Below, piece after piece: positions 9,082 through 18,339 of a stretch of 64,000 nucleotides of DNA. A program made the translations under genes and the position numbers. Under the pieces are notes generated by a model, which saw only the letters and a program-made list of their open reading frames with translations, was not told where the DNA came from and made no database searches. This DNA comes from an uncultured Actinomycetota bacterium (GTDB taxonomy: Bacteria > Actinomycetota > Actinomycetes > Mycobacteriales > Jatrophihabitantaceae). The stretch spans positions 171,026-235,025 of the forward strand of contig CAVZOC010000006.1 of assembly GCA_963776855.1 (NCBI GenBank). The letters are read 5' to 3'. Numbering within the stretch: the first letter of the stretch is position 1; each line of letters opens with the position of its first letter.

Positions 9082-9966
9082 TCAGAAGCGGGCGCCGAGG
9101 GCGAGGTTGGCCCAGACCTCCCGCGTCGCCTTGGACCGGTTGAGCGTGTAGAAGTGGATGCCGGGCACGCCCTCGGCGAGCAGCCGCTCGGCCAGCTTCG
9201 AGGTCTCGTAGATGCCCATCGCCCGCACCGACTTCGGGTCGTGCGACACCGCGTCGAACCGCTTGGCCAGCTGCTCCGGGAACGGCGCGCCGGTGAGCTG
9301 CTCGGAGCGGCGGATCAGGCCCATGTTCGTGACCGGCATCAGCCCGGCGATCACCGGGGCCCCGCAGCCCTTGGCGGCCAGCCGGTCCCGCATGCGCAGG
9401 TAGTCGTCGGCGACGAAGAACATGTTGGTGATGGCGTAGTCGGCACCGGCGCGGAACTTGCCGATGAGGAAGTCGGTGTCGAAATCCAGCGTCTTCGAGC
9501 GCGGGTGTCCGTTCGGGAAGGCGGCCACGCCGACGCAGAACTCACCGTGGGCCTTCATGAGCTCCACCAGCTCGGAGGAGTACTCCAGCCCCTCGGGGTG
9601 CTTCACCCACTCCCCCATCGGGTCGCCGGGTGGGTCACCCCGCAGTGCGAGCACGTTCGTCACACTGGCCGCGGCGAGGCGACCGGCGATCGCGCGCAGC
9701 TCCGCGGTCGAGTGGTTCACCGCGGTCAGGTGCGCCACCGGCATCAGGGTGGTGTCGGTGGCGATCTGTTCGGTGATCTCGATGGTGTGGTCCCGCGTCG
9801 AGCCTCCCGCCCCGTAGGTCACCGAGACGTAGGACGGCTGCAGCGGCTCCAGCTCGCGGATCGTCTTCCACAGCAGTGGCTCGTCGTCGGCCGTCTTCGG
9901 CGGGAAGAACTCGAAAGAGAAGGTGGGGCCGTCATCGGCAAGGCAGTCCCGGACGGTTCGAGTCAT
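9082..9966 (-). CDS. metF: 5,10-methylenetetrahydrofolate reductase
   Basis: FSFEFFPPK, SVTYGAGGS, AHLT, LALRGD and GIHFYTLN motifs. Confidence 0.95.
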   Translation of the reverse strand: MTRTVRDCLADDGPTFSFEFFPPKTADDEPLLWKTIRELEPLQPSYVSVTYGAGGSTRDHTIEITEQIATDTTLMPVAHLTAVNHSTAELRAIAGRLAAASVTNVLALRGDPPGDPMGEWVKHPEGLEYSSELVELMKAHGEFCVGVAAFPNGHPRSKTLDFDTDFLIGKFRAGADYAITNMFFVADDYLRMRDRLAAKGCGAPVIAGLMPVTNMGLIRRSEQLTGAPFPEQLAKRFDAVSHDPKSVRAMGIYETSKLAERLLAEGVPGIHFYTLNRSKATREVWANLALGARF

Positions 9967-10057
9967 GGACTACAGGGTACCGGGGCGACCCCGGCCGACG
10001 GGGTCCGCCGGGTCTCACGGGCCGGGGAGGCGGCGCCACGCACCCCTTCTCCCGAGT

Positions 10058-10077
10058 TGTGGGACAGCTGTCCCACA
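10058..10077. repeat. Perfect 20-bp palindrome in the metF/crtI divergent region
   Basis: TGTGGGACAG|CTGTCCCACA, followed by a 7-bp hairpin CCCCTGC-GGA-GCAGGGG (10078-10094). Confidence 0.9.
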
Positions 10078-10167
10078 CCCCTGCGGAGCAGGGGGCCGGT
10101 GCGCTCGGAACAGCCGTCCGGCGCTGCCCGGGCCAGGGCTTACCCGTCGCACGCTAGCGTCGAGGCG

Positions 10168-11658
10168 GTGCGCACGGTCCCCGGTCCCACCGATCGTGTC
10201 GTGGTCGTCGGCGCCGGTCTCGGCGGCCTGTCGGCGGCCCTGCACCTGGCCGGCGCGGGCCGGCAGGTCACCGTCGTCGAGCGGGAGCTGGTGCCCGGCG
10301 GCCGCTGCGGTCGCATCGAGGACCGCGGCTACCGGTTCGACACCGGCCCGACCGTGCTGACCATGCCCGAGCTGCTCGACGCCGCGTTCGCCGCCGTCGG
10401 CGAGCAGCGCGAACGCCGGCTCACCCTGCACCGTCTCGATCCCGCGTACCGGGCCCGGTTCGCCGACGGCACCACCATCGACGTCCGCGCCGACGTCGAG
10501 GCCATGGCCGACGAGATCGCGCAGAAGTGCGGCGGTGCGGACGCCGCCGGGTACCGGCGCCTGGTCGACCACCTGGCCGAGCTGTATCGGCTGGAGATGC
10601 CGAACTTCATCGACCGCAACCTCGACCGTCCGACCCAGTTGCTGCGCCCGTCGCTGGCCCGGCTCGTGGCGATGGGTGGGTTCGGCCGGCTGGCGCCGGC
10701 GATCGCGCGGTTCGTCGACGACGAGCGACTGCGCCGGCTGTTCACCTTTCAGGCGATGTACGCCGGGCTCGCGCCCGCCCGAGCGCTGGCGATCTACGCG
10801 GTCATCACCTACATGGACTGCGTCCGCGGCGTGTACTTCCCCGAGGGCGGCATGCACGCGGTCCCCACCGCGATGGCCGCCGCGGCGGCCGAGCACGGCG
10901 TGCGGTTCCGCTACGGGACCCCCGTCGCCCGGATCGACGTGCGCAACGGCCGCGCCCGCGGCGTGATCACCGCTGCCGGCGAGCGGATTCCGGCCGACGT
11001 CGTCGTCGTCAACGCCGACCTGCCCACCGCCCGGGCCGAGCTGCTGCCGCCGGACGCGGCCCCGCGGCGGCTGCGGCGGGTGCGGTACTCGCCCTCGGCC
11101 GTCGTCCTGCACACCGGCTCGCCCTACTCCCACGCCGACGGAGCCCACCACACCATCGACTTCGGCACCTCCTGGGAGGCCACGTTCGCCGACATCATCG
11201 ACCGCGGTCGGGTCATGCGAGACCCCTCGTTCCTCGTCACCTGCCCCTCCCGCACCGACCCGACGCTGGCTCCCGATGGACGCCACACCCACTACGTGCT
11301 GTTCCCGGCCCCCAACCTCAGCGGCTCGGTCGACTGGGTCGGGCAGCGGCAGCGTTACCGCGACGAGATCGTCCGCACCCTCGAGGCCCGCGGTTACGCC
11401 GGCTTCGGCGACGCGATCGAGGTCGAACACCTCACCACCCCGGCCGACTGGCGGGCGCAGGGCCTGGCCCAGGGCGCCCCGTTCGCGGCCGCGCACACCT
11501 TCGGGCAGACCGGCCCCTTCCGGCCGCCGACCCTCGACCGGCAGATCTCGGGACTGGTGTTCTGCGGCTCGAACACCCAACCCGGCGTCGGCGTGCCGAT
11601 GGTGCTCGTGTCGGGGCGGCTGGCTGCCGAGCGGGTGACCGGACCTCTGCGACGATGA
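10168..11658 (+). CDS. crtI: Phytoene desaturase
   Basis: VVVVGAGLGGL FAD motif, GYRFDTGPTVLTMP and NTQPGVGVPMVLVSGRLAA. TAGCGT sits 7 nt before the GTG. Confidence 0.95.
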   Translation: MRTVPGPTDRVVVVGAGLGGLSAALHLAGAGRQVTVVERELVPGGRCGRIEDRGYRFDTGPTVLTMPELLDAAFAAVGEQRERRLTLHRLDPAYRARFADGTTIDVRADVEAMADEIAQKCGGADAAGYRRLVDHLAELYRLEMPNFIDRNLDRPTQLLRPSLARLVAMGGFGRLAPAIARFVDDERLRRLFTFQAMYAGLAPARALAIYAVITYMDCVRGVYFPEGGMHAVPTAMAAAAAEHGVRFRYGTPVARIDVRNGRARGVITAAGERIPADVVVVNADLPTARAELLPPDAAPRRLRRVRYSPSAVVLHTGSPYSHADGAHHTIDFGTSWEATFADIIDRGRVMRDPSFLVTCPSRTDPTLAPDGRHTHYVLFPAPNLSGSVDWVGQRQRYRDEIVRTLEARGYAGFGDAIEVEHLTTPADWRAQGLAQGAPFAAAHTFGQTGPFRPPTLDRQISGLVFCGSNTQPGVGVPMVLVSGRLAAERVTGPLRR

Positions 11659-11685
11659 CGCGGTGACCGGCCGCCCCCTCGCCCC

Positions 11686-12642
11686 ATGACCGCCGAGAGC
11701 GAACTCGACGCGGCGGGCATCGACGGGCCGGCCCTGCGGGAGAGCTACCGCCGCTGCCGCGCGCTCAACGCGACGCACGGCCGTACCTACTTCCTGGCCA
11801 CCCTGCTGCTGCCGCCGGCCAAGCGCCCGTACGTCCACGCCCTCTACGGCTTCGCCCGCTTCGCCGACGACATCGTCGACGACCTCTCCCCCGGTGTTCC
11901 GGCCGAGGTGCGGGCGGCCCGCCTGGAGGCCTGGTACTCGGAGTTCCTCGCCGACCTCGACTGGGGCGAGACCAGCGACCCGATCGGTCGGGCGCTGCTC
12001 GACACCGTGACGCGCTGGTCGATCCCGGTGGACTACCTGAGCGACTTCGTGGCCGCCATGCGCGCGGACCTCGAGGTGACCCGCTACCAGAGCTACGACG
12101 ACCTCACTGGCTACATGTGGGGCTCCGCGGCCGTCATCGGGCTGCAGATGCTGCCGATCCTGGGCCGCCGCGACGAGGGCGTGCGGTGGGACGAGCTGGA
12201 GCCGCACGCGATCGAGCTCGGGTACGCCTTCCAGCTCACCAACTTCATCCGGGACGTCGGCGACGACCTGCGCCGTGGCCGCATCTACCTCCCGCAGGAG
12301 TCGCTGACCATGTTCGGTGTCGACGAGCACCGGCTGCGGCGGGGCGTCGTGGACGACGCGGTCCGCAGCCTGCTGGCCTGGGAGATCGAGCGGGCCCGGA
12401 AGCTCTACGCCGGCGCCCGGCCGGGCATCCGCCTGGTCGATCCCACCTCCCGCGACTGCCTGACGACCGCGTGGACGCTGTACCGCGAGATCCTCGACGA
12501 GGTCGAGGCCAACGACTACGACGTGTTCACCGAACGCGCCCGGGTCGGGCTGCGCCGCCGCGCCGCGGTGGGGCTCAGCGGCCTGCGCGGCGCCTGGCGC
12601 GCTCGCCGAGCGGGGCCGCCAGCAGCCACGCCATCAGCGTGA
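11686..12642 (+). CDS. crtB: Phytoene synthase
   Basis: TYFLATLLLP, ADDIVDD, FQLTNFIRDVGDD and GRIYLP motifs. Confidence 0.95.
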   Translation: MTAESELDAAGIDGPALRESYRRCRALNATHGRTYFLATLLLPPAKRPYVHALYGFARFADDIVDDLSPGVPAEVRAARLEAWYSEFLADLDWGETSDPIGRALLDTVTRWSIPVDYLSDFVAAMRADLEVTRYQSYDDLTGYMWGSAAVIGLQMLPILGRRDEGVRWDELEPHAIELGYAFQLTNFIRDVGDDLRRGRIYLPQESLTMFGVDEHRLRRGVVDDAVRSLLAWEIERARKLYAGARPGIRLVDPTSRDCLTTAWTLYREILDEVEANDYDVFTERARVGLRRRAAVGLSGLRGAWRARRAGPPAATPSA

Positions 12643-12895
12643 CCACGACCATCGCGAACCCGAACAGCAGGTCCTCGACGGGCGCGAACACGATCCGCAG
12701 CCCGATGATCCGGGCCGGGTCGTAGCGCACGACGTCCAGGCCGGTGAGCAGGCCGTTCACCACGAGCTGGAACACCACGACGATGACGTACGCGACCCAG
12801 AAGGCGCGCCGGGTGAGCAGCCGGGTGCGCAGCACGGCGAGGTCGAGCAGCACCGCCGCCGCCACCGCCACCAGGGCGGCGACCGTGTAGCTCAC
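12575..12895 (-). CDS. crtYd: Heterodimeric lycopene cyclase subunit (CrtYd-like)
   Basis: Small hydrophobic protein with VNGLLTG...PVEDLLFGF. GTGA overlap with the upstream subunit; its 3' end overlaps crtB. Confidence 0.75.
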   Translation of the reverse strand: MSYTVAALVAVAAAVLLDLAVLRTRLLTRRAFWVAYVIVVVFQLVVNGLLTGLDVVRYDPARIIGLRIVFAPVEDLLFGFAMVVVTLMAWLLAAPLGERARRRAGR

Positions 12896-13227
12896 CGCCG
12901 CGCCTCCGGCTCCCACCAGTCCGGCCGCACGGTGCGGACGGCCTCGAAGGTCAGCACCGTGCAGACCGGGATGACGACGAAGAACAGCAGCTCCTCCAGC
13001 GGCAGCCGGCCGGGCAGCGTGACCCCGACCAGCTGCGCCGGGTCGTAGGACCACCAGCCGGCCCCGATGGCGTAGATGTCCCACCCGCCGAACAGCACCA
13101 CGACGACGGCGAGTGTCGGGACCAGGCGGAGCAGCCGGCGGTAGACCCGGGCCCCGAGCCACAGCTCCAGCGGCAGCGTCCCCAGCAGGCAGGCGGCGAG
13201 GATCGCGAGGTAGGTCAGGTGCCGCAC
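12892..13227 (-). CDS. crtYc: Heterodimeric lycopene cyclase subunit (CrtYc-like)
   Basis: WDIYAIGAGWWSYD...LPLEELLFF motif. Start set at MRHLTYL. Confidence 0.78.
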   Translation of the reverse strand: MRHLTYLAILAACLLGTLPLELWLGARVYRRLLRLVPTLAVVVVLFGGWDIYAIGAGWWSYDPAQLVGVTLPGRLPLEELLFFVVIPVCTVLTFEAVRTVRPDWWEPEARR

Positions 13228-13238
13228 CGGCGGCCTCG

Positions 13239-13577
13239 TCAGAACCCGGCGGCCTGGGCGCGGCGCTTGACCTCGCTGCCGCGGTTCTCCCGCAGAGCCT
13301 GGATGGGCGTCCCCGGCAGGGTGTCGTCCTCGCGGTGCAGCCACTCGACGATCTCGTCGTCGCTGAACCGCGCGTCGCGCAGCAGCGTGACGACCCCGGA
13401 CAGCGACTTGACGATCGCGCCGTCCTGCACGAAGGAGGCCGGCACGCCCCGTACCCCGTCCTCGGGGCGGGCGGCGGCCAGCTGCCCCTCGCGGACGAAC
13501 TGGTGGATGCGGGTCACGGGCACGCCGAGTTCCTCGGCCACCGTGGCGAAGCTGAGCAGGTCGGGGGACGTCGCCAT
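13239..13577 (-). CDS. Rv2175c-family DNA-binding protein
   Basis: N-terminal HTH (VAEELGVPVTRIHQFVREGQL) and LPGTPIQALRENRGSEVKRRAQ. Occupies the usual position near pknL. Confidence 0.85.
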   Translation of the reverse strand: MATSPDLLSFATVAEELGVPVTRIHQFVREGQLAAARPEDGVRGVPASFVQDGAIVKSLSGVVTLLRDARFSDDEIVEWLHREDDTLPGTPIQALRENRGSEVKRRAQAAGF

Positions 13578-13600
13578 GCCACCTACCGTGCCAGACCGAC

Positions 13601-14410
13601 TCACGGGTTCCGCGCGGTGATCAGGTGCGTCTCGTAGTCGATGGCGACCGTCCTACCCCGCCGGTCGACCGCCTCGCGCAGTCCCTGGATCAGCCGTCCT
13701 CGTTGCGTCTCGGGAAGCAGGTGGTGGTCGCTGTAGGTCTGCACCAGCGCCAGCCAGTCCTCGCCCGACAGCTCCCGGCGCCATTCGTAGGTGCGCGAGC
13801 CGACGCCGACGAATCCCGCGGCCTGCAGCCCGGCCTCGGCGGCGCCTCGGCGGTCCCACCGGACCCCGCGTTGCCACTCGCGGTCCCGCAGCTCCGGGGC
13901 CTCGCGCCCATAGGCGACATCCAGCTCCGCCCGCAGCTCGGCCGAGAGGGAGTCCCGGTTCCAGAACAGCGCGACCCGGCCCCCCGGCCGCAGCACGCCC
14001 CGCGCCTTCACGGCGCCGGCCCGGGGGTCCACCCAGTGCCACGCCTGCCCGCTCACCAGCAGGTCGAATCGCCGGTCGGCGGCCTCCCAGGACTCGAAGG
14101 CCGACAGCTCGACCTGCAGGCCGTGCCGGCGAGCCACCGCCGCCATCGCCGGGTCCGGTTCGACCCCGAGCACGGCGGCACCGTGCGCGGCGAACAGCCG
14201 GGCCGCTTTGCCGGTGCCGCACCCCACGTCAAGCACGTCGGTGCCCCCGCCGGCCAGCAGGTCGACGACCATCGCCTGCGGGTACACCGGCCGGACCCGG
14301 TCGTACTCCTCGGCGACCTCACCGAATGACTCGGCGCGGGCGCGGTTCCGGAAGAGGGCGAACGCGGCCCCGGGGTCATCGGGCAGGTCGTCGGTCGCGT
14401 CGTCAGTCAA
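13601..14410 (-). CDS. Class I SAM-dependent methyltransferase
   Basis: YDRVRPVYP, VLDVGCGTG and FDLLVSGQAWHWVD motifs. Confidence 0.88.
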   Translation of the reverse strand: MTDDATDDLPDDPGAAFALFRNRARAESFGEVAEEYDRVRPVYPQAMVVDLLAGGGTDVLDVGCGTGKAARLFAAHGAAVLGVEPDPAMAAVARRHGLQVELSAFESWEAADRRFDLLVSGQAWHWVDPRAGAVKARGVLRPGGRVALFWNRDSLSAELRAELDVAYGREAPELRDREWQRGVRWDRRGAAEAGLQAAGFVGVGSRTYEWRRELSGEDWLALVQTYSDHHLLPETQRGRLIQGLREAVDRRGRTVAIDYETHLITARNP

Positions 14411-15248
14411 GCTCGGCCCCTCCCACGCGCCACAGCTCGTCCGGCGGTTGCGGCGAGCGCATCGGATCGTCGTCGGTCAGCGGTGCGGCCCCGCCGGCCA
14501 GTTCGGCCAGCCGCGCGCCGTGGTGCACCACGCGCGGGAACGCGGCGCGGGCCGCGGCGCGGGCGACCTCCTGTTCCGGCAGCGGCGCGCGGGACGCCGC
14601 CAGCACGAGGTTGCCGAACCGTCGGCCCTTCCACACCGCCGGGTCGGCGATCGCGAGCGCGTGCTCGAAACCGGTGCGCAGCGTCGAGACGAGCCGCCGG
14701 GTGTAGGTGAGCGGGGGGCCGTCGGCCACGTTGAGCAGCAGCGCGCCACCGGGCCGCAGCACCCGGGCGACGTCGGCGACGAACTCGCGTGTCGCGAGCT
14801 CGGGCGGCACCCGCCCGCCGCGGAACGCGTCGACGACCACGACGTCGCCGCTGGCGTCGTGCAGCCGCCCCACCCCGGTGCGGCCGTCCACCGGCCGGAT
14901 GCGGGGCTTGCCGTGGCGGGCGAACGGCAGCCGCGCCCGCACGACCTCGGTCAGCGCCTCGTCGGGCTCGAGCACCAGCTGCGGTGAGCCGGGGCGGGTG
15001 TGGGCGACGTAGCGGGCCAGCGTGCACCCGCCGCCGCCGACGTGTGTCACCGCCAGCGGCCCGGGGCGCAGGGCGTCCAGCACGTCGGCGAAGGCCTGCA
15101 CGTACTCGAAGTCGAGGTAGGACGGGTCGTCCAGGTCGACGTAGGACTGCCGGATCCGGTCGACGGTGAGCAGCCAGCCACCGGGGCGGTCGGCGTCGGC
15201 GAGCAGCTCGGCCCGGCCGAAGGCGGCGGTCCGATCGACACGGGTCAT
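14403..15248 (-). CDS. Spermidine-synthase-like methyltransferase-fold protein
   Basis: QSYVDLDDPSYLDFEY, HVGGGGCTL, DVVVVDAF and FGNLVL motifs. Confidence 0.8.
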   Translation of the reverse strand: MTRVDRTAAFGRAELLADADRPGGWLLTVDRIRQSYVDLDDPSYLDFEYVQAFADVLDALRPGPLAVTHVGGGGCTLARYVAHTRPGSPQLVLEPDEALTEVVRARLPFARHGKPRIRPVDGRTGVGRLHDASGDVVVVDAFRGGRVPPELATREFVADVARVLRPGGALLLNVADGPPLTYTRRLVSTLRTGFEHALAIADPAVWKGRRFGNLVLAASRAPLPEQEVARAAARAAFPRVVHHGARLAELAGGAAPLTDDDPMRSPQPPDELWRVGGAELD

Positions 15249-15339
15249 GAGCTGTCAGACTACGGGTTCGCTGAGCCCCGGGACGGCGGCCCGCGGTGCG
15301 TCACACGGCGAACGCCCACCGCGACCGTAGAATCACGGC

Positions 15340-17442
15340 GTGCAGACGGCCACCACGGACTCCCTGGTGGGCCGCAAGCTCGAGGGCCGGTACCGGATCG
15401 TCGACCGCATCGCGCGCGGCGGCATGTCCACGGTGTACTCGGCCGTCGACGAGCGGCTCGACCGGCTCGTCGCCGTCAAGGTCATGTCGGCGACGCTGTC
15501 CGCCGACCCCGCCTTCACCGACCGGTTCGCCCGTGAGGCGCGGGCCGCGGCCCGCCTGACACACCTCAACGCGGTCTCGGTCTACGACCAGGGCCAGGAT
15601 TACGCCTCCGACGGTCACCACGTCTTTCTGGTCATGGAGCTGGTCGAGGGGCGCACGCTGCGCGACCTGATCCGCGAGCGCAGCCGCCTGACCACCGCCG
15701 AGGCGGTCTCGATCATGGAGCCGGTGCTGAGCGCGCTGGCCGCCGCCCACCGGGCCGGGCTCGTGCACCACGACGTCAAGCCGGAGAACATCCTGCTCTC
15801 GGACGAGGGGGTGGTGAAGGTCGCCGACTTCGGCCTCGCCCGGGCGGTCGAGACCGATGCCGCCGCCACGCGGACCGGCCTGATCATGGGAACGGTGGCC
15901 TACTGCGCGCCGGAGCAGATCAGCCGGGGCCGCTCGGACCCGCGCTCGGACGTCTACTCCGCCGGGGTCATGCTCTTCGAGCTGCTCACCGGCAAGCCCC
16001 CCTACGAGGGCGACTCGGCGATGAACGTCGCCTACCAGCACGTGCACAACCGCGTCCCGGCCCCGTCGTCCAAGGTTCGGTCGGTCCCGAGCGAGATCGA
16101 CGAGATCGTCGTCGAGGCCACCGACAGCGACCCCGAGGGCCGGCCCGCCGACGCCGGCGAGATGCTGGCCGAGATCGCGGACGCCCGCTCCGTCCTCGCG
16201 CTGCCGGTCACCCCGGTGCCGCCCCGCGGCCGGCATCGCGGCGGCCGCGACGAGCAACGCCGGCAGGCCCACCGCGGCAACGGGCCCGCGGCCGGGCCCG
16301 GCGTGGCCGGCGCCGCCACCACGGCCCTCGCCGGCGGCAACGGCGGGGGCCGGGCCGGCCGGGCCCGACCGGCCCGGGCCGAGCACGCCACCACCGAGAC
16401 GCTGCGCAGCGGCGGCACCCACGACACCGTGGCGGTATCGAGCCCGGAGCAGCCCGGCGGGGACACCCGCGACCACCGGGCGGGCGGGGGCCGGGACCAG
16501 CCTCCGCCGCCGGTCGTCATCACTCCGGTCGACGCTCGCCGTCGCCGCCGGCGGCGGACCATCATCGGGGCGCTGCTCGTGCTCATGGTCGGGCTGGGCG
16601 CGTTCTTCGGTGCCAGGGCCGTCATCCAATGGCGCTTCGCCCACGTCCCGGACGTCACCGGCGCCGGCCGCTCGGTCGCCGTCGGTCACCTCCGCGACGC
16701 CGGCTACAAGGTGGCCGTCCTCCCCGGCCGGGAGTTCAGCGACCGCGTGCCGGCCGGGCACGTCATCCGCACCAAGCCCTCGTCCGGTACCCGCCTGGCC
16801 ACCGGCAAGACGGTCGCGGTCACGCTCTCGGCCGGCTCGCAGACGTTCACGCTGCCGAGCGTGCGCGGGTCGTCGTTCGAGCAGGCCCGCACCACGCTCA
16901 CGGCGCTGGGCAATCTCGACGTCGCGGCGACACCGCACCAGAAGTTCGACGACACCGTGCCCCGCGGCAAGGTCATCGGCACCGACCCCAAGGCCGGCGC
17001 GTCGGTCACCCGCAAGGACCTGGTCCGGATCATCGTCTCCAAGGGCCCGCCCATCATCGCGGTTCCCGACATCTCGCCGGGGACCCCGCTCGCGGACGCG
17101 AAGCAGACCCTCGAGGCGAAGAAGTTCAAGACGACCACCACCGAGGTCTTCAGCGACAAGATCGACAAGGGCAACGTCGTCTCGATCGATCCCTCCGGCC
17201 GGGCGCGCAAGTTCAGCACCATCACGATAACGGTCTCGAAGGGGCCGCAGACGGTCAGCGTGCCCGACATCCCGACCGGCACCTCGGTCACCGATGCCGA
17301 GAAGATGCTTCGCGACGTCGGGTTGGTGCCCGTTGTTCGCTCCATACCCGGCCCGGACAGCGGTGTCTTCTACCAGACCCCGTCGGCCGGCTCGACCGCC
17401 AAGGTCGGCGACGCCGTCACCCTTTACGTCATCGGGCACTGA
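15340..17442 (+). CDS. pknL: PASTA-domain Ser/Thr protein kinase (PknL-like)
   Basis: Kinase motifs ARGGMSTVY, VAVK, HHDVKPEN and DFG, then a TM helix and about four PASTA repeats. TAGAAT sits 6 nt before the GTG. Confidence 0.92.
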   Translation: MQTATTDSLVGRKLEGRYRIVDRIARGGMSTVYSAVDERLDRLVAVKVMSATLSADPAFTDRFAREARAAARLTHLNAVSVYDQGQDYASDGHHVFLVMELVEGRTLRDLIRERSRLTTAEAVSIMEPVLSALAAAHRAGLVHHDVKPENILLSDEGVVKVADFGLARAVETDAAATRTGLIMGTVAYCAPEQISRGRSDPRSDVYSAGVMLFELLTGKPPYEGDSAMNVAYQHVHNRVPAPSSKVRSVPSEIDEIVVEATDSDPEGRPADAGEMLAEIADARSVLALPVTPVPPRGRHRGGRDEQRRQAHRGNGPAAGPGVAGAATTALAGGNGGGRAGRARPARAEHATTETLRSGGTHDTVAVSSPEQPGGDTRDHRAGGGRDQPPPPVVITPVDARRRRRRRTIIGALLVLMVGLGAFFGARAVIQWRFAHVPDVTGAGRSVAVGHLRDAGYKVAVLPGREFSDRVPAGHVIRTKPSSGTRLATGKTVAVTLSAGSQTFTLPSVRGSSFEQARTTLTALGNLDVAATPHQKFDDTVPRGKVIGTDPKAGASVTRKDLVRIIVSKGPPIIAVPDISPGTPLADAKQTLEAKKFKTTTTEVFSDKIDKGNVVSIDPSGRARKFSTITITVSKGPQTVSVPDIPTGTSVTDAEKMLRDVGLVPVVRSIPGPDSGVFYQTPSAGSTAKVGDAVTLYVIGH

Positions 17443-17454
17443 GCGCTACCTGCC

Positions 17455-18339
17455 GTGCCCCCGCGTCCTCTCGCGCCCGTCGGCGCCCACGTGTCGGTGG
17501 CGGGCGGGCTGGCCAAGGCGCTGCCCCGCGCCGAGCAGGTCGGGGCCGAGGCGCTGCAGGTCTTCGTGGCCAACCCCCGCGGCTGGGCGCCGCCCGCGCC
17601 GGACCCGGACGGCGACGCGACCTTCCGAGGCGCCTGTCGGCTCCCGGTCTTCGTCCACGCCCCGTACCTGATCAACTTCGGCTCACCGTCGCCGCAGACG
17701 CTGCACCGCTCGGCCGACGCGCTGCGGTTCTCGCTCGAGCGCGGTCGTGACATCGGCGCTCGCGGCGTCATCGTCCACGCCGGCTCGGCGGTGCTCGGCA
17801 ACCGGTGGGCCGACGCCATGGCCCAGGTCCGCGCCGCCCTCCTGCCGCTGCTCGACGACGTCGGGGCGGTGCCGCGGCTGCTGATCGAGCCGACCGCGGG
17901 CGGCGGCGGGGCGCTCGCGTCCGACGCCGACTCCCTGGCCGCCTACCTCGAGGTCCTCGGGCGCGACGAGCGGATCGGGGTCTGCCTCGACACCTGCCAC
18001 ATGCACGCCGCAGGCCACGACCTGTCGACCCGCCGCTCGTTCGCGGCGGCGCTGCGCTCGTACGCCCGTGCTGCCGGCCGCGGCCGGATCGGCCTGATCC
18101 ACGTCAACGACAGCCGGGACCCGGCGGGCTCGCGGCGCGATCGGCACGAGGGCGTCGGGCGCGGCACCATCGGGCCCGAACCGTTCGCCGCGCTGTTCAC
18201 CACGCCGGCGACCCGGCGCGTGCCGATGGTGGTCGAGACCGCCGACACCGACCACGCCATCGACATCGCCACCCTGCAGCGCCACCGCGCCGCCGCGACC
18301 GCGGCCATACCCCCTCCCCCACCCCCACCTCTCCGTTGA
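17455..18339 (+). CDS. nfo: Endonuclease IV (AP endonuclease)
   Basis: VHAPYLIN, LLIEPTAG, CLDTCH, IHVNDS and RDRHE Zn-ligand motifs. Confidence 0.92.
   Translation: MPPRPLAPVGAHVSVAGGLAKALPRAEQVGAEALQVFVANPRGWAPPAPDPDGDATFRGACRLPVFVHAPYLINFGSPSPQTLHRSADALRFSLERGRDIGARGVIVHAGSAVLGNRWADAMAQVRAALLPLLDDVGAVPRLLIEPTAGGGGALASDADSLAAYLEVLGRDERIGVCLDTCHMHAAGHDLSTRRSFAAALRSYARAAGRGRIGLIHVNDSRDPAGSRRDRHEGVGRGTIGPEPFAALFTTPATRRVPMVVETADTDHAIDIATLQRHRAAATAAIPPPPPPPLR

Noticed and set aside
8455-10167. N-terminal 571 aa of the 1067-aa ORF that ends in crtI
   Set aside because: It overlaps metF and the CDP-alcohol transferase on the opposite strand. The real start is GTG 10168, so it is not a fusion protein.
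10015-12330. 771-aa antisense ORF over crtI-crtB, and similar long antisense or alternate-frame ORFs (e.g. 11..1219, 15301..17439, 57949..60372, 62005..63963)
   Set aside because: These are shadow ORFs expected in high-GC DNA. They mirror well-supported genes and carry no recognisable motifs.
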